A stretch of 64,000 nt of DNA, taken from assembly GCA_951406725.2 (NCBI GenBank), contig OX597819.1, positions 106,640,001 through 106,704,000 on the forward strand, given 5' to 3'. Position numbers and translations under genes: made by a program. Of this stretch, positions 39,991-54,369 are shown piece after piece. The stretch comes from Octopus vulgaris. Lineage: Eukaryota. The stretch's first letter is position 1. Each line of letters opens with the position of its first letter. Under the pieces are notes generated by a model. That model saw only the letters and a program-made list of their open reading frames with translations. It was not told the DNA's origin and did not search any database.

Positions 39991-41289
39991 ATTTCTCATG
40001 CTCGGCTGGTGTCAACAGGAAATCGGAAGACAAAAGGTAAATCATTTTCTCGTGTTGACTTTTGGTCTACTACCTCAAAAATCGAAAGAATTGAGCAACT
40101 TGTCATTTCGGTGACAGGATGGAAACCCTGCTTAACATATGAGATCCAGGGTACAAGTCAGAAAATATCATAAATGGATAACTACCAATTATAGGCACAT
40201 AATCTATAAAGATGCATTCCATTCACTACATTATGCAAAGAATAATAAACGAGAATACAGTAAAGAGATATTAAAACCAAAACCTGGAATATATCGAAAT
40301 ATTCAAGATTGCAATTGCAGCTGTGTATCAGTAGAGTGGATGATTTTTACGTATAAATTAAACGATTCATAACTACAAGGTGACATTTTGTGGTTCGTTG
40401 ATCCAAGCAGCAATGCATTTACTTCAACTACGATGATGACATCCAACACTTTATCGACAGAAATGACAAGTCCACTCTAACTGAACAAATGCGAACTTGC
40501 AAGATTCGACAAACTTAATTGCACATAGAATACAATTATATAGTTATCATATCATGTATACGTAAGCCATACGTAATTGTGAATGCACCATCCTAAACAT
40601 CCTATATCATTGCTAAGTACGCTGTAATCAAGATATCGTGATCTTTATTTGATACGTGCCGATGCTTTACTCGATCAGCGCAGACATTCCTTCTCTTCAG
40701 ACCGGATGTTAACTATTCAGGTACTCACACTGCACATGTTTTCATATCCAAAGTTTTTGCCCTTCTATAATTTAATGTGTAGCAGGTTCACGACATTTGA
40801 CTCGCATGCTGAGGCGAATTAATCAGTTCACTTGGTGGAGATTCTTGGTAGTGGTGGCAATTGAGATTCTCCCACAGCACGGCTTCAATTCAATGCCGGT
40901 TATTCTCTTTAAAATTCTTCATCGATCTCCGTATATTGCCCTTTTAAATGGTGCCATCTACTTCATCAATCTGCATATTTCTGGTCAGGGCCGACAGCTT
41001 GCATCTCTCCGTCAAGGATTCCACGGTCGCATGTTCCTTCTAATTCGCCTCCAATATTTCGAAGCCAGTAAAGAAGTACTAGACGAAATGTTACGATATT
41101 GGGGACGTTATTGCCACTATATACAATTTGAACGAATTTTTTCAGATACTAAAGATTCATGCCGACTTTTGTTTTATCTTCTTACATATGTATTTACGTG
41201 TGTGTTTGTTTATATATATATATGCGTGTGTGTGCGTGCGTGTATGCGTGCGTGTGTGTGTGCGTGCGCACACATACACATATATGACG

Positions 41290-42310
41290 CACCATGATTG
41301 TTCGCTAAATCCACAAGTTTTTTTTTTATTCTCTCTCTGTTTACTTCATCGTGTTCCTTTATGTTGAAGAGCATAGGCTGGAAATCTAAAAGACTTTCTC
41401 ACATTCCCTAGCGTCTAGCGTCAAACTAAAACACCTGCTTGTTTAGAAACCTGTCTCCGTAATTTTGTTTTTTTTTTTGTTGTAAATTTCAACTACATAT
41501 ATATATACTAAGAAAGAGGCAGAGATAGAGAAAGGGTAGATACAAATATATGTGACTGTTATGTTTTGTCGGTGTTCGGGCATCTGTCTAAATGTTTTCT
41601 GAAGGAAGAAGCTCTCGTGTGGAGATGTTCTCTGATGCGATGCGGTGGTGTAACAGTTTTGTTCTGCTACCCACATAGAACATGTTGCATTTGTTACATT
41701 GTATTCTATACACAACATTTACCCGTTGGCATACACCTGTGTCACTTATGGGACAGTTTGTTAGTGCACAATGATTGTTGTCCCTTGTTCATTTCTTAGT
41801 GAGCTGTCCAATCAGATAGGCGTTGGAGTGGGCTAGTTGTATGTCTAACCCTTTTCTTCCTATGGCTCTTTGGATGGATGTAGTTATCCTCTCGCTAAAA
41901 TGGGGTATTTTAAGGATTGACATTACGACATACCTGACCTCACACACTTCTCAGGAGGAATCCCGGAAAGAGCATCATGAGACCTCTGCTGAGACGTTTC
42001 CAGAAAATGAAAAAAGAAAAACCGTTAGAAAACCGATTATAGCAGCGATTCCATCTAAGAATATCTGAAGAAGGAATATTATACCGAAATACAATATTAG
42101 ACAATGGATGACTAAATTACAACAGGTATATAGCCCATTGTCTGTATTATAGTGCATTGTTGTATTATTCAAAACTTTTATCTTAAATGTATTAGTATAG
42201 CGCTCAAGAATAGAAAAGTCTTTTACGTTTCGAGCCTACGCTCTTCTACAGAAAGGTACACAGAAAAAAATGTGTGTAGTAGCTAACGATCTATCATGAC
42301 GTCTGACTCA
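41290..42310 (-). mobile_element. Penelope-like GIY-YIG fragment bracketed by inverted HHR-bearing terminal units
   Basis: Minus strand CPISDTGVCQRVNVVYRIQCNKCNMFYVGSRTKLLHHRI (about 41640-41760); 41290-41500 and 42205-42310 are inverted homologues. Confidence 0.75.
42220..42255 (-). ncRNA. Minimal hammerhead-like motif, core CUGUAGA
   Basis: cttt CTGTAGA a gagc gtag gctc GAAA cg TA aaag; decayed sister copy at 41357-41392 (+). Confidence 0.6.
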
Positions 42311-42420
42311 TTTATATATGATCATAATATAATATCATAATAATAATAAACGTGTAAAGAACGAAAATATAGTGCGGGTGTTTATTTGGCAAGACAAAAA
42401 TGACCATCCTGAAATATAAG

Positions 42421-42460
<40 letters not shown>

Positions 42461-42468
42461 TAATAATA

Positions 42469-42512
<44 letters not shown>

Positions 42513-43202
42513 ATATGTATTTTTAAAATGCCTGTATGTTTACTATGGTATTCCGATAACCTCTGTCTCTGTGCGGTGACCTCCTATACGCTGGATCCTG
42601 CCCGGGGGAGTTCTCCACCACCGAAATATTGTTTTTGTGTGCATGCATAACAGCAACATGTTTCTTTTTTTATATTTCTACATAGTAAAACATTTTATAT
42701 TCGAACGTGACTACAACTTCAGTTGCTATTTGTGTGTGATATAAACCATTCAAAATCTTTTATTGCTTTTTTATTACGTATATATTATCATTAATAGTGT
42801 ATTTCTTCCTGCTTATTTAATACTAATAGTAGTTTGTTTTAAGTCTGCTTCAGTTGCTGACAACGTTTTGTGCTGAATATTTTCCTATTATTACAGCTTA
42901 TGTTAGTTTTTGTACCTACATTACGAAGGATTATTACAGCTTAAGATTCATTGTCTTTTTTTTTCATTTAATATTCTTCATTTATTCATCATTAGTTTTT
43001 AAGATTAAATGCACATTCTGTTAACAACTGCTTTGCAAACTTTCATTTTATAGCTGTCTGCTTTATCAGTATATATAAAATAATGAATACACCTCTTCCG
43101 TTCGATGTGCATCAAAAGGGTAACAATAATGTGAATGTGAATGTAAATATATGTATGTATAATGTATAAATATATACATACGCACAGACACACACAAACA
43201 CA

Positions 43203-43256
<54 letters not shown>

Positions 43257-43305
43257 CATTCATACATACATACATGCATACATACATACATACATATATA
43301 CATAC

Positions 43306-43371
<66 letters not shown>

Positions 43372-43599
43372 GCAGTATTTAGGCACTAACTTTTTATTAC
43401 TTTATAAAGCACGTTCTATTAATAAATATATTTTTAAAAAATTGGAATGAGTACTTCAGCCCTGATCCAGCTAATACATATTCTGAACGATCAGGCATCT
43501 ATATGGTAGCTAAAAATGCTAGAAATGACAGCTAAATCTTCCTTAAACCACAACTTACAAGAAGACTTGGAATGAAATGATGAAGGCTCAATTCAGGAC

Positions 43600-46500
43600 T
43601 CTGGTGTTAAGGGATGAGATGACAAATCGCTGCGATCTCTGCTTCTGAAAATGTCTGAACCTCCTCACCAACATATATAAATGCAGAATATTTAGACACC
43701 GATAATATATAAGAGTTTTCAATGGTTATTCGGAAGACAAACGCGTTGCTACAGCTGGTAACCAATCGTCCAGCAGCAGAAAAAGTTACAGTAATTATGG
43801 CAGATGTTTGGAAACAGTACAACGCCAAAGACTTCTGACTCTGCGTAAAAGGTGTTTCTGGTGAATCACTCCTTCGAACAATCGATTCAGTGCATCATGA
43901 TGCACTGCAGTTCCCATTGCTATTTCCATTTGTTGATAGGGGATAGAGAGTCAACTTTTGATGTTGCAGCAAAGATTCATATAATTTCACTGATATATTA
44001 TTACAAAATAGTTCAGGAATATTATCTCCATTTCCTTCAAAACTCCAGTCATGTTCCTGTGATATATATTTCAAGATTGAAGAAGCAAGGTTACATCGGA
44101 TTCCATATAATAAAAAGAAATCAGAGCGGAAATTTATCAAAATATTCCTGCTTGTACGATACATGTAGATTACAGTGGATTTACCCATTGTCATATGTTG
44201 CTCATAAAAAGAAACGTTAGTTCCAGAACATATTGAAAACTTTGTTTATGCAGCGCTTCCAAATCCACAATCACAACGAATTCTATTTCAACATGTTCCC
44301 AAAAGCATGCAACATGTATGGTTGGTGGGAAATATATAAACATCTCCGCAAAGACGTTCAGGAAAGTACATTACAGAGTTCTAACAACTATTCACTTTAC
44401 TGGTATTGAAATAATGGTTCTACATTTACAATGTCAAATGTCAAATTAGATAATTGTTAAGTCGTACCATATTCCTTCTTCATTTTAGTCACATATGGAG
44501 GTCATTGTTATGTAGAGATATGTGAGTCTCTAAAATAAGTTAAATATATTCGTAAAGTTTGTAATCGGTAGACAGTCAATATTGGTGGACAGACTAATGT
44601 ACAACAAACAGAAACACACAAAGATGAAATTGAAAAATATATTAACGGCCGCTGTGTTTCTTCATCAGAGGTGGTCTGGAGGGTTTGGGGCTACATGGTT
44701 CATATCCTCCAGTCCTACAGGGTACATTTCATTTACCCCAACAGCAATACGCTTACGTTAATGATGATGGTGATATTCAACATCTTATCTACATTCATGT
44801 CGTATCAACACTTACCGAATGGATGCGGGTTAACCAGGAATTATCAGTTAAAACATTTCCACTTTTCCCAGAATTTGACGTATGAAATAATACTGAGAAA
44901 ATGTGGCATCTCAGAAAAATGATACACACGTAATTGGGTGCACGTACTTGGTTTCACCAAAGGAACAGGAGCAATTCTGAGAGATTTCTTGAATTATATT
45001 CCTGAAGCTACATCATATGAAGTTATGCGCTATTAATGGCGTAGTTTTCCTTACTTAGAAAGAAGTTTCAATGAGAATGGGCTTAGCATATGATGACCAC
45101 GAATACTATCTAATTATAGAGTTTGCAAATGTTTCAACAACCCCATATCCGATGCAAGATAATTTCTGCTCTGCGAAGTTATATGCAGCATTTAAAAGGC
45201 AATTTCCAGAAGAGTATCTGACTGCTTTAGTAGATATCAATGATAGTATAGAACCACATGCATTACAAACAAACAGAAGGTATTTTAAAAGAAAATTGTT
45301 CAACATTAAACAGTTCCCCTCCCCATCAATACACCAAACATCAGTACAGGCAACCCATTCGTTCTGCAAGATCTTGGAAATTTTTCCACACATTGAACAA
45401 AAATTTTCTTTGATGAAAATTTCAAAACATGAAATTGTGGTCAACAATCAGTATTCCGAGTTATTAAAGAGGCAATTTACAATTTAGAAGTAAATACTCG
45501 CAATCACAAGATTCTCATTGCTAAAATTTTCTCTATTGAGAGGTTGGATGGGCCTGGTAAAACTTAACTCTATGGTGTCACTCTTCCCTATGTCCACAAA
45601 GAAGGAAAGATTGCAATAACCACTGCCTCATCAGCTGCAGCTGGATTGCTACTTACTGGAGATACCATAGCTCGTTTCGCTTTCTCCTTTTCCTTCCATA
45701 CTGTTAATGGTATCACATCTATCCACACACAATGACAAAGCAACTATCATTCAGACTGATGAATTACCCACCATGTCATACTGTTTCCTCCCAGAGACAT
45801 TGGATAAAACATTTATCCAATGTCTCTTATGAATCTTATGAAAACGGTTTAAATATGATCTGTTTGGAGGGATTGTAATAACTTTTGGTGGGGCTTTTCG
45901 ATAAATATTATGTCAATAAAGTTCGAAGCAGACTACTGATAGTAGGCAGTAGCTTTAATAATTCATTTTTATGGAAATATGTAAACAATATTTACTTGAC
46001 AGAAAATATGTTATTAAATTCATATGCACAGAGTTCAGAAGATCAAAACAACCAAATACAGTCCAATATCTGTATACTTCTTGTTGGAAAAGAAGCAAGT
46101 GGCGAAATTATTATACTTCAGGGATGTAACATTATTCGTAATTTCAATGACAGTTTTCATAGGAAATTTCATACAGGAATGCATTATAGAACCAGAAGGC
46201 TTTCTCAAAAATATTTATGTTGATCTCATTAATGTTTGCTGAAGATGAGAATGTTGTCATTAGTCATGGTTCAATGCTCTCATCAGGATGTTCCTTCAGA
46301 ATTCACTACAAATTACTTAAATATGATAAATATTTCAGGCTTACCATCACATTTATTAAAATTAAAGGCTCATGTAGTAATTATTCTCTTGCATACAATT
46401 GTCTATACTTAAGGCATGTGTAATGGTACATGTTTAGTTATTCAAAACAAACATCCAAGAAAAAGTAATTACGTCAAAAATACATAAAGATGTACATCGC

Positions 46501-46635
46501 AGAAGAAAACTATTTATACAAAAGTTACCCTTTCTGCAGAAGGTGAAGATTTACCACTTATATTAGTTAAACAGCAGTTAAAATAGCAATGGCAAGGACA
46601 ATTAATAAAAGACAAGGACAAAAATTTATTTACAT
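43600..46635 (+). pseudogene. Helitron Rep/PIF1-helicase pseudogene
   Basis: PLLFPF; DN..VVPY...H..VEIC; DEIEKYINGRCVSSSE.VWR; TLTEW; LDGPGKT (decayed Walker A); TASSAAAGLLL; LFGGIVITFGGAFR; LWKYV..LTENM; GMCNGT; AMARTINKRQGQ, all in canonical order. Confidence 0.85.
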
Positions 46636-46651
46636 CGAGAGAAAAAAATGA

Positions 46652-47051
<400 letters not shown>

Positions 47052-47054
47052 TTA

Positions 47055-47222
47055 TGATAACATCAAAAAATACGTTAGGAATGAGAACCAACGATCGAAA
47101 TTTCCCCAAGACACCTGATGAAGGCTGGTGGGTATATCAGCTAAACTGTTGTGTTAACAACAAACAAGATGAGGACAAATATCCGTCGAATGCAAATAAT
47201 GTAAATAATGTAAATAATTCCT
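47055..47222 (+). repeat. Inverted second copy of the HHR tail (decayed HHR at 47111-47154)
   Basis: Reverse-complement homologue of 46652-46810; CTGATGA is retained and GAAA is damaged. Confidence 0.85.
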
Positions 47223-47249
47223 CATCTCTTAAATGTAGAACTGTAAAAT

Positions 47250-47922
47250 TGATTACTCCAGCCATCTAGTCCCTCAGGCGTAGCACAGAATTCGTCAGTG
47301 AACAGAACTATTAAAAAATCTCTCTTCATATATTCTTCTGCCCATTTCAGTCTCTTCTGCTTATGAACATGCTTCTGAAGGGGGCCTTTGCTGGCTACCT
47401 GATTCAAGAGGCGACAACTAGTAGTTTTCGATACGTCTACCCAGTCACAAAACATCTCTATTTTTCAGACATAGGTTCAGCACAACTTCCCTTTCCACAC
47501 GTGACAAAGTACGATTCGAGGCAACCTTCGACTTAACCTTATCTGCCCTCGACCAGACAGAGATAGAATACTGCACAAAATTCTTCACTGTTCGGTGATT
47601 CTTTCCCAGTATTTTTTTTTATATATTTCTTTGGTTATTTTTCCTTTTCTAAGCTCTGACACGACGGTAGACCTCTCATTCGAGGTAAGATCACATTTCT
47701 GACTCATAATGACACTTAAATTGGGCACCTGCTTAATAATTTGGGACAACAGAAATGTTACTGCTACACGATAATGGCTGCCGTTTGTTTCCTTCTGTGC
47801 AGATCCGATTTATTTTATGCGCAGATAATTGTTGCCAACAGTCAGTGGGAAAACAACTAATTTTGGACGCATTTACATGTATTGAGAGAAGGTTGATTTG
47901 CCTAATAATGTGGGACGCAGTG
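47250..47922 (-). mobile_element. Tc1-like transposon 5' portion
   Basis: HKQKRLKWAEEYMKRDF..VLFTDEFCAT..GLDGWS; terminus TA-cactgcgtcccacattattaggc. Confidence 0.75.
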
Positions 47923-48025
47923 TAATTGTCATTTATTTGTTAATTACTTGATGATGTATTAAATAGTTGCATGACCACACCCTAAATTTTCTAACTGTTC
48001 ATGTACTTATTTTTTTGAGTTACCC

Positions 48026-48167
48026 GGAATGGTGATGTGGTAAGAAGTTTGCTTCCCAACCACATAGTTTTGGGTTCAGTCCCACTGCGTGCCACATTGA
48101 GCAAGCGTCTTCTACTATAGTCTCGGTCGGCCAAAGCTCTGTGGACAAAGTTGGTAGACGGAAACTC

Positions 48168-48207
<40 letters not shown>

Positions 48208-48460
48208 ATATATGTGTATATATCTCTGTGTGTAACATTGCACCTGTGTTTGTTTCCCTACCACCAATTGACAATCAATACTGGTGGTGCATTTTCGTCT
48301 CTGTTACTTAATGGTTCGGCTAATAATACCAGTTCGGTATAATAAATGCCAGGTTTTACAGGTACGTAATGGTACATTTGTTCAACAAAAATTCCTCAAG
48401 GCAATGCCCCGGTATGGCTAAAGAGTAAAGAAGGAAACAACCAGATGATAAAAGATAAAA
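48026..48460 (+). mobile_element. CORE-type tRNA SINE, degenerate
   Basis: gtggtaagaagtttgcttcccaaccac...gggttcagtcccactgcgtg; same family as 7126-7548. Confidence 0.8.
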
Positions 48461-49158
48461 GACAAACATCTGATTAGCAACATTGCGGCATCATCCGTAC
48501 TTATGTTGTGCAAACTGCAATACCGTTGTAATATTACGTATATGCAGCATTTAACTCCCGGATTTGTGCATAATTCGAGGAAAAAAATAATTTATTCGAC
48601 TTTTTCTCATAATTATAATGCATTGATGCAGCCTTTACACTTCTCCCTGTGGTCTACTTGCTTATTTCAGTGACACATGATATACCGATAAACCATTGGA
48701 AATAGGTTATTTTCCAGGGAGTGGAGCGTATTCACTACTAAATTATTATGGTTACATCTAAAATTAGTGACAAATTGAGGTGATGTATAAACCAGCCGAA
48801 AGCGGTTTTCCTGACTTGTATTCGTGTAAATATATGTAGACATATCAGTATCTACAAATTAGAATTCTGCGTCTTACAATAAAAGTATTTGATAGGTCAT
48901 CACCCAAAATAATTAGATAAGTAATTGTATGTATTAGTAATATATACAAATACAGATATGAGATTGAGAAATTCACACATTTTCCGTTACACGAATATTG
49001 GTAGATTAATGTAAGTCTACAGAAGTAACCTACTGCGGTTACTCTTTTGTCATGTTTGTAACTAATATCTAATTAGTTAAAGAACACTTTTAGCTAACAC
49101 ATTTCTGGATAACCCACAGTTAAATTTGATTTGTGAGGTTCTTACTTGTCCATTACCT

Positions 49159-49214
<56 letters not shown>

Positions 49215-49249
49215 ATATATATATATATTTATATAAATATATATGTATC

Positions 49250-49571
49250 TATGTGTGTCTTTGCGTCTGTCTGTCCCCGCCATCACCGCTTCAGAACTGT
49301 TGTTGGCGTGTTTACGTTCACGTACCCTAGCGGTTCGACTTAATGCAGTCAGGGGTTTTCAAACGTCTACGTTTTGAGGAACGTACGGCTGTGTAGCAAA
49401 CTGTATCGTATTTTTCTCCAGAAACGATACTGTTTATCCTTTTATTCTTATATTTGTTTCAGTCATTTGACTGCATGCATGCTGGTGCACCGTCTCTAGT
49501 CGAGCAAATCGAACCAGGGACTTATTCTTCGTAAGCCTAGTACTTACTCTACCGTCTCTGTTGTCGAACCG

Positions 49572-49572
<1 letters not shown>
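49250..49572. mobile_element. Two CORE-type SINE 3' fragments in opposite orientation
   Basis: 49250-49340 (+) and 49440-49572 (-) match the family tail. Confidence 0.65.
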
Positions 49573-49624
<52 letters not shown>

Positions 49625-50129
49625 CGGATGTCAACTGTACGTTCTGGTCAGAAAATAGGTGGATTAAAAATAAAATCGAGTAATAATATCAAAAATTAGA
49701 AATAAACTAAAGGACGTCACTAACAAGATATCTAAAATGCAATTCAAAGTACCTACTACTCTTACAGAATGAGTTCGACCGTTACATCAACAGATACCAT
49801 TTTCATTAACAGAAGGGGAAAGCTCAAATATTTTCATGTGATTGTCTGAAGTTAAGAAAGTTCCATGAAATACACAATTGTGTTTCAGCCTATTATTTTT
49901 CTGAAGCGTTTGTGACGCTTTTTCGTTTTCATGGCCCCATGAAAGTGAAACATAATTCTAAAGGAAAGTAATTCAATACGAAGTAAATACTTAATCTGCA
50001 ATCCTTGATTTGCTGCTAATCGCTTGAACACTTTTCTATTAATATTTGGCTAACTTTGGCTGCAGGCCTACGCATCCACCATTGACGTAAAAGTAACGGC
50101 ATGAAAGAGTGCAGGTGATTATTTTTATA

Positions 50130-50880
50130 CTACGCCGATGTCAAACCACCGTGACAGGTTTTCCAACAAGGATGGCTTTAATGTTTGAAGAAAAGAAAGC
50201 AGAGAAAATGAAAATGCCTGAACAAAGCCAAAACTACAGATTCTTTATAGCAGTTTAGGGAATGTTCTTATGTTAACAGTACAGAGAAACAATACACGGA
50301 GAACTGAAGTATTGCATTTGTGTTGCGCCTGTGACAACATTTCTAGCCGGTAGTGGCCTGGCATTTAGGGGCAGTGAGGAAATCTTAGTATGTACACATT
50401 GTAAGAATTTTGATTGAATAATAGAATTTATTGCATACTTTGATCCATTTCTTTTGGGCCGTTTGAAGTATTAAGCAGTCATACCTATAACTAAGCAGCT
50501 AGAAAGAATTTTTTTTATTGAATGCAAAATATTTGAATCATACTGTAGGAGAACTTAAAACTGCTTTTCATTTCTCAATTTATGTGTGTTCAATACCACA
50601 CCTGGTCCATATTCACCTCATAAAATGAGGTTTTTTATCTTGCTTCTGCAATGTCTTTAAATTTTCCTACAGTCTGCTTCTCAGAAAGCGGAAACACGGG
50701 CTACATCTCTGTTAGAATTTCCTAATATGGTATAGGTTTTAAAGACTTCACGGGCGGTCCTTCGATAACACCAGTAATATCCAGGTACTACACAGGAACG
50801 AAAACCAGACTTCGAGAGAGCAACTCGGCTGCCGTTTTTATTCCATATTCTGCTCATTCGTTGAATATTGTTGGAGAAGT
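50130..50880 (+). pseudogene. hAT (Tip100/DUF4371-like) transposase remnant
   Basis: FLAGSGLAFRGSEE (about 50340), GRSFDNTSN (50751), AVFIPYSAHSLNIVG (50831). Confidence 0.7.
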
Positions 50881-51234
50881 TATTGTTTTTTTTTGCTATT
50901 TTAAAGCAGCTATTTTAGCTTCCTATAAAGGATATACTCCCTACTACATCGACGGACGGATAGGCAAATTTAATTAAATCTCTGTAATGAAATATAAGAG
51001 AACTAAATTTGAAATCCTTGTCGGTGGTTAGCAAGTAGAGGTAGGCTCGATTGTAGCCACACTTCTTTATAAAAGGGAGGACAAGATACAATTGATCGAA
51101 AGTGCAAGAGACGGGCCTACAATTATAAATAATACCTTCCGCCTTTAAGTGCATCACATATGTAGAATTTTTTATGAGGAAACAGCTTGGGTGTATTATG
51201 AAACACACACATATTGTACATCTCTACAGTTTTA

Positions 51235-51675
51235 ATCTTTTTAATTGTTTCAGTCATCTGTCTACGACCGCCTTGATGGATTTTAGTCGAGCAACTCTAC
51301 CTCCAGGGCATATATTTTAAGACTAGTACTTATCTTATCGGTCTCTATTGCCGAACCGCTGTCACAGGGAGGTAAATACACCAACACCAGATGTCAAGCG
51401 GTGGTGAGGGACAATCACAAAGACAAAGGCACATACACATATATACATATATATATATATGTGTATGTGTGTATGTGTGTGTGTATATGTCTGTGTGAGT
51501 GTGTATGTATATATAGCGTGGCTGTATGGTGCGAAGCTTGCTTCCCACCCACATGGCTCCGAGTTCAGTCTCACTACTAGCAACTTGCTCAGGTGTCTTC
51601 TAGTATAGCCTCAGGCCGACTGAGGCCTTGTGAGAGGATTTGGTTGAAGGAAAGTAAGAAGAAGCACATCGGGTA
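51235..51675. mobile_element. CORE-type SINE 3' half (-) adjacent to a SINE 5' half (+)
   Basis: 51235-51500 is the tail on the minus strand; 51515-51675 is the head on the plus strand. Confidence 0.7.
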
Positions 51676-52069
51676 TATATATATATATATATATATACAA
51701 ATGGATGCGTGGCGTTCATTCAATATTATAATAATATAAATAAAAAAATATATATGCATGTATACATATATGTACATATACTTAAATTATAGGCTAGCGA
51801 GTTTTTTTATATGTATGTATATGTGTGTGTGTGTGAGTGTGTGTCTGTGTGTTTGTCTGTGTGCATCTATGGGTACAGGAGTCACAAAACGGACACAACA
51901 TGAAATGCTATAACGAGCTTTGGTATGCGAAAAACGAGAGAAACAAATGAAAAACAAGACAGGTAACATAAAAAATGACCCGTCATCAGTTGTCGTCTGT
52001 ACATTTACTCCTCATGTATATATATATATATATATATATATATGCGTGTATATGAGTGTATTTATGTGT

Positions 52070-52280
52070 GTGTCTCTGTGCCTGTGTTAGTCCATCCGCC
52101 ATCGCCTGACAACCAATATTTATATGTTTACGTCTAGGTAACTTAGCCGTTCGGCAAACGTGGGCGTCAGAATAAGAACCAGGCTCACAAAGAATAAGTA
52201 CTGCGGGCGATGTCTTCGACTAAAAGGCGGTGCTCCAGCATGGCTGCAGTCAAATAGCTGAAACAAGTAAAAGTGAAAAA
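52070..52280 (+). mobile_element. CORE-type SINE 3' half
   Basis: catcgcctgacaacc...ggcggtgctccagcatggctgcagtcaaatagctgaaacaagtaaaag. Confidence 0.78.
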
Positions 52281-52295
52281 AAGTATATATATATA

Positions 52296-52338
<43 letters not shown>

Positions 52339-52929
52339 CCCATGTGTGTGTGTGTAAATTTCAATACTTAACCGTCTTGTTGCATATAAGGTTTGAATTC
52401 AGATTGACGTCATTGCGAAATAAATATTTTTTTTCCATTCTAGCTATATTTCATCTTTTAAATTTTGTTTCCTATTTAAGAAATTAACACGCAATTTTTT
52501 CTTAGATATACAATATAATAATTAAGGAAAATTCACTACACCTATCAAAAACAACAAAACAGATTCATATTTACACATACACACACACACACAGCACACA
52601 CATATAGAACACACACATACACAGACGTGCTCGCAATGTACACACATTCATGTGTGTGTGTGTATTGGAATATAATATGATTGATGTATATTTTATTTTG
52701 CTGAGGTCTAATCATGAAATACATGACTGTTTCAAACGGCGGAAAAAACATTTTAATGATATTTCCGTGATGAATTTTGATAAAAACTTGTTAATATACA
52801 GAAGGCGATTGGATAGCAATATATTGTTTTATATTAGACAATAAATAAAATTTGTAATCAGTTTTTGTTACTCTGGTAAAGGGTAAAAGAAACAAAAACA
52901 AATCTACCAATACATACCTGTATCTATGC

Positions 52930-52962
<33 letters not shown>

Positions 52963-53133
52963 CTTTGATACTTACTTTGATAGGTTTCGGCCATTATTGG
53001 CCCAGGCCATGTCTAACTTAATAGCACCACCTGGTGCTATATATATATATATATGTTTATGTATATGTATATGTATATATAATTAAAAAAGGAAAATACA
53101 AACACTTTACATAGTTTTAATATAATTTTTGAT

Positions 53134-53168
53134 ATATCAACCGGTTTCGCTTTCGCTATTCATGATAT
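53134..53168 (-). ncRNA. 35-nt minimal hammerhead-like motif, core AUGAAUA
   Basis: atatc ATGAATA gc gaaa gc GAAA ccgg TT gatat. Confidence 0.55.
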
Positions 53169-53179
53169 TATGGTTTACT

Positions 53180-54272
53180 TACTTGAAACATTGATCCAAC
53201 TAAGCTCTCAATTCTGCATCAATATTGAGCGGAACTCCGCGCATAGCATTTGAAAGAGATCGAAAGAGGTGGAAATCCGTTGGTGCCAAACCAGGAAAGT
53301 ACGGCGGGTGTGGCAGCACTTACCAGTCATGCGTTTGAAAGGCTTCCTTGGTCATATTGGCGATATGAGGGCGAGCGTTGTCGTGCAGCAGAAGAACTCC
53401 ATACTGCCGATTAGGTCAGTTCTCTTGAATAGCCGTGCTGAGTCGTTCCACCTGTTGAACATAGAGTTCCGTGTTGACCATTTGGTTCCGTTCAAACAAT
53501 TCGTAATGGGTAATTCCTTCCCAGTCCTACCATACGCACATCATCGTTTTACGCGGATGAAGATCTTATTTCACGCGCAGTGTCGCTTGCTTACCGGAGT
53601 TAAGCCATTCCTTACGTTGCTCCATATTGATGTACAGGTACCATTTTTCGTCGCCAGTAACGATTAGGTAAAGAAATCGTTGCTGGTGTCCATGAGTTGA
53701 GCGGTGTCAAGCAAGTAAAACAGTGGAGATTGTGTCTCGTTGATTTTTGTCGTTGTCACTTAAAGCATGCAGAACCCATGCTTCATACTTCTGAACCTTT
53801 GCGATCGAGTGGAGATGCTTCTCTATAGCAGTGTCGGAGTATTCCATTTTCTCTGCCATCTCCCTTATCGTTTGGCGATAATTTTCGTGCTAAAATTGGT
53901 TTAATCGCTCTTCATCGAACTCAGAACGAGGTGCGTCTTTGAGGTCAAAATTTCCATGTTTGTACTTGGCATACCAATTACGAGCGGTTCTATCAGCTAT
54001 GGCACCCTCTCCATGCACAGCACAAATGTCGCGAGCAGCTTTTGTGGCCTTACAACCTTGATTAAAAGCAAAAAGAAGGTGTTTTTCTTAACTTGACATT
54101 CTATTTTAATGATCTGAATATGAACAAACATTAACTGAAATTAACTAGAAAAAATAAAACAAAATAGATTCCAAAATGATTCAAAAATAGAATTCTCGAA
54201 AACATTGATTCCAAAGATTAAAAACGAAAAAAATTCCCAAATTAAAAAAACCGCGGGAACTTAGTTGGCAAC

Positions 54273-54276
<4 letters not shown>
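53180..54276 (-). mobile_element. mariner (DD34D) transposon, 3'-truncated, transposase pseudogene
   Basis: TIR ttgggttgccaactaagt next to (TA)n; AARDICAVHGEGAI; IVTGDEKW; LHPRKTM; LLHDNARPH; LPHPPYFPGLAPTDFHLFRSL. Confidence 0.92.
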
Positions 54277-54335
<59 letters not shown>

Positions 54336-54369
54336 GCATGTATATATATATATATATATATATACATGT

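Noticed and set aside
40680-41120. Complex sequence with a 166-aa ORF near the Gypsy remnant
   Set aside because: No recognisable motif in either orientation, and the ORF ends in a microsatellite; left unassigned.
52975-53020. ggcc...ggccGAAAcc hairpin on the minus strand
   Set aside because: Stem II and GAAA are present but there is no recognisable core or stem I.
53269-53667. 132-aa plus-strand ORF
   Set aside because: Antisense shadow of the mariner transposase on the minus strand.
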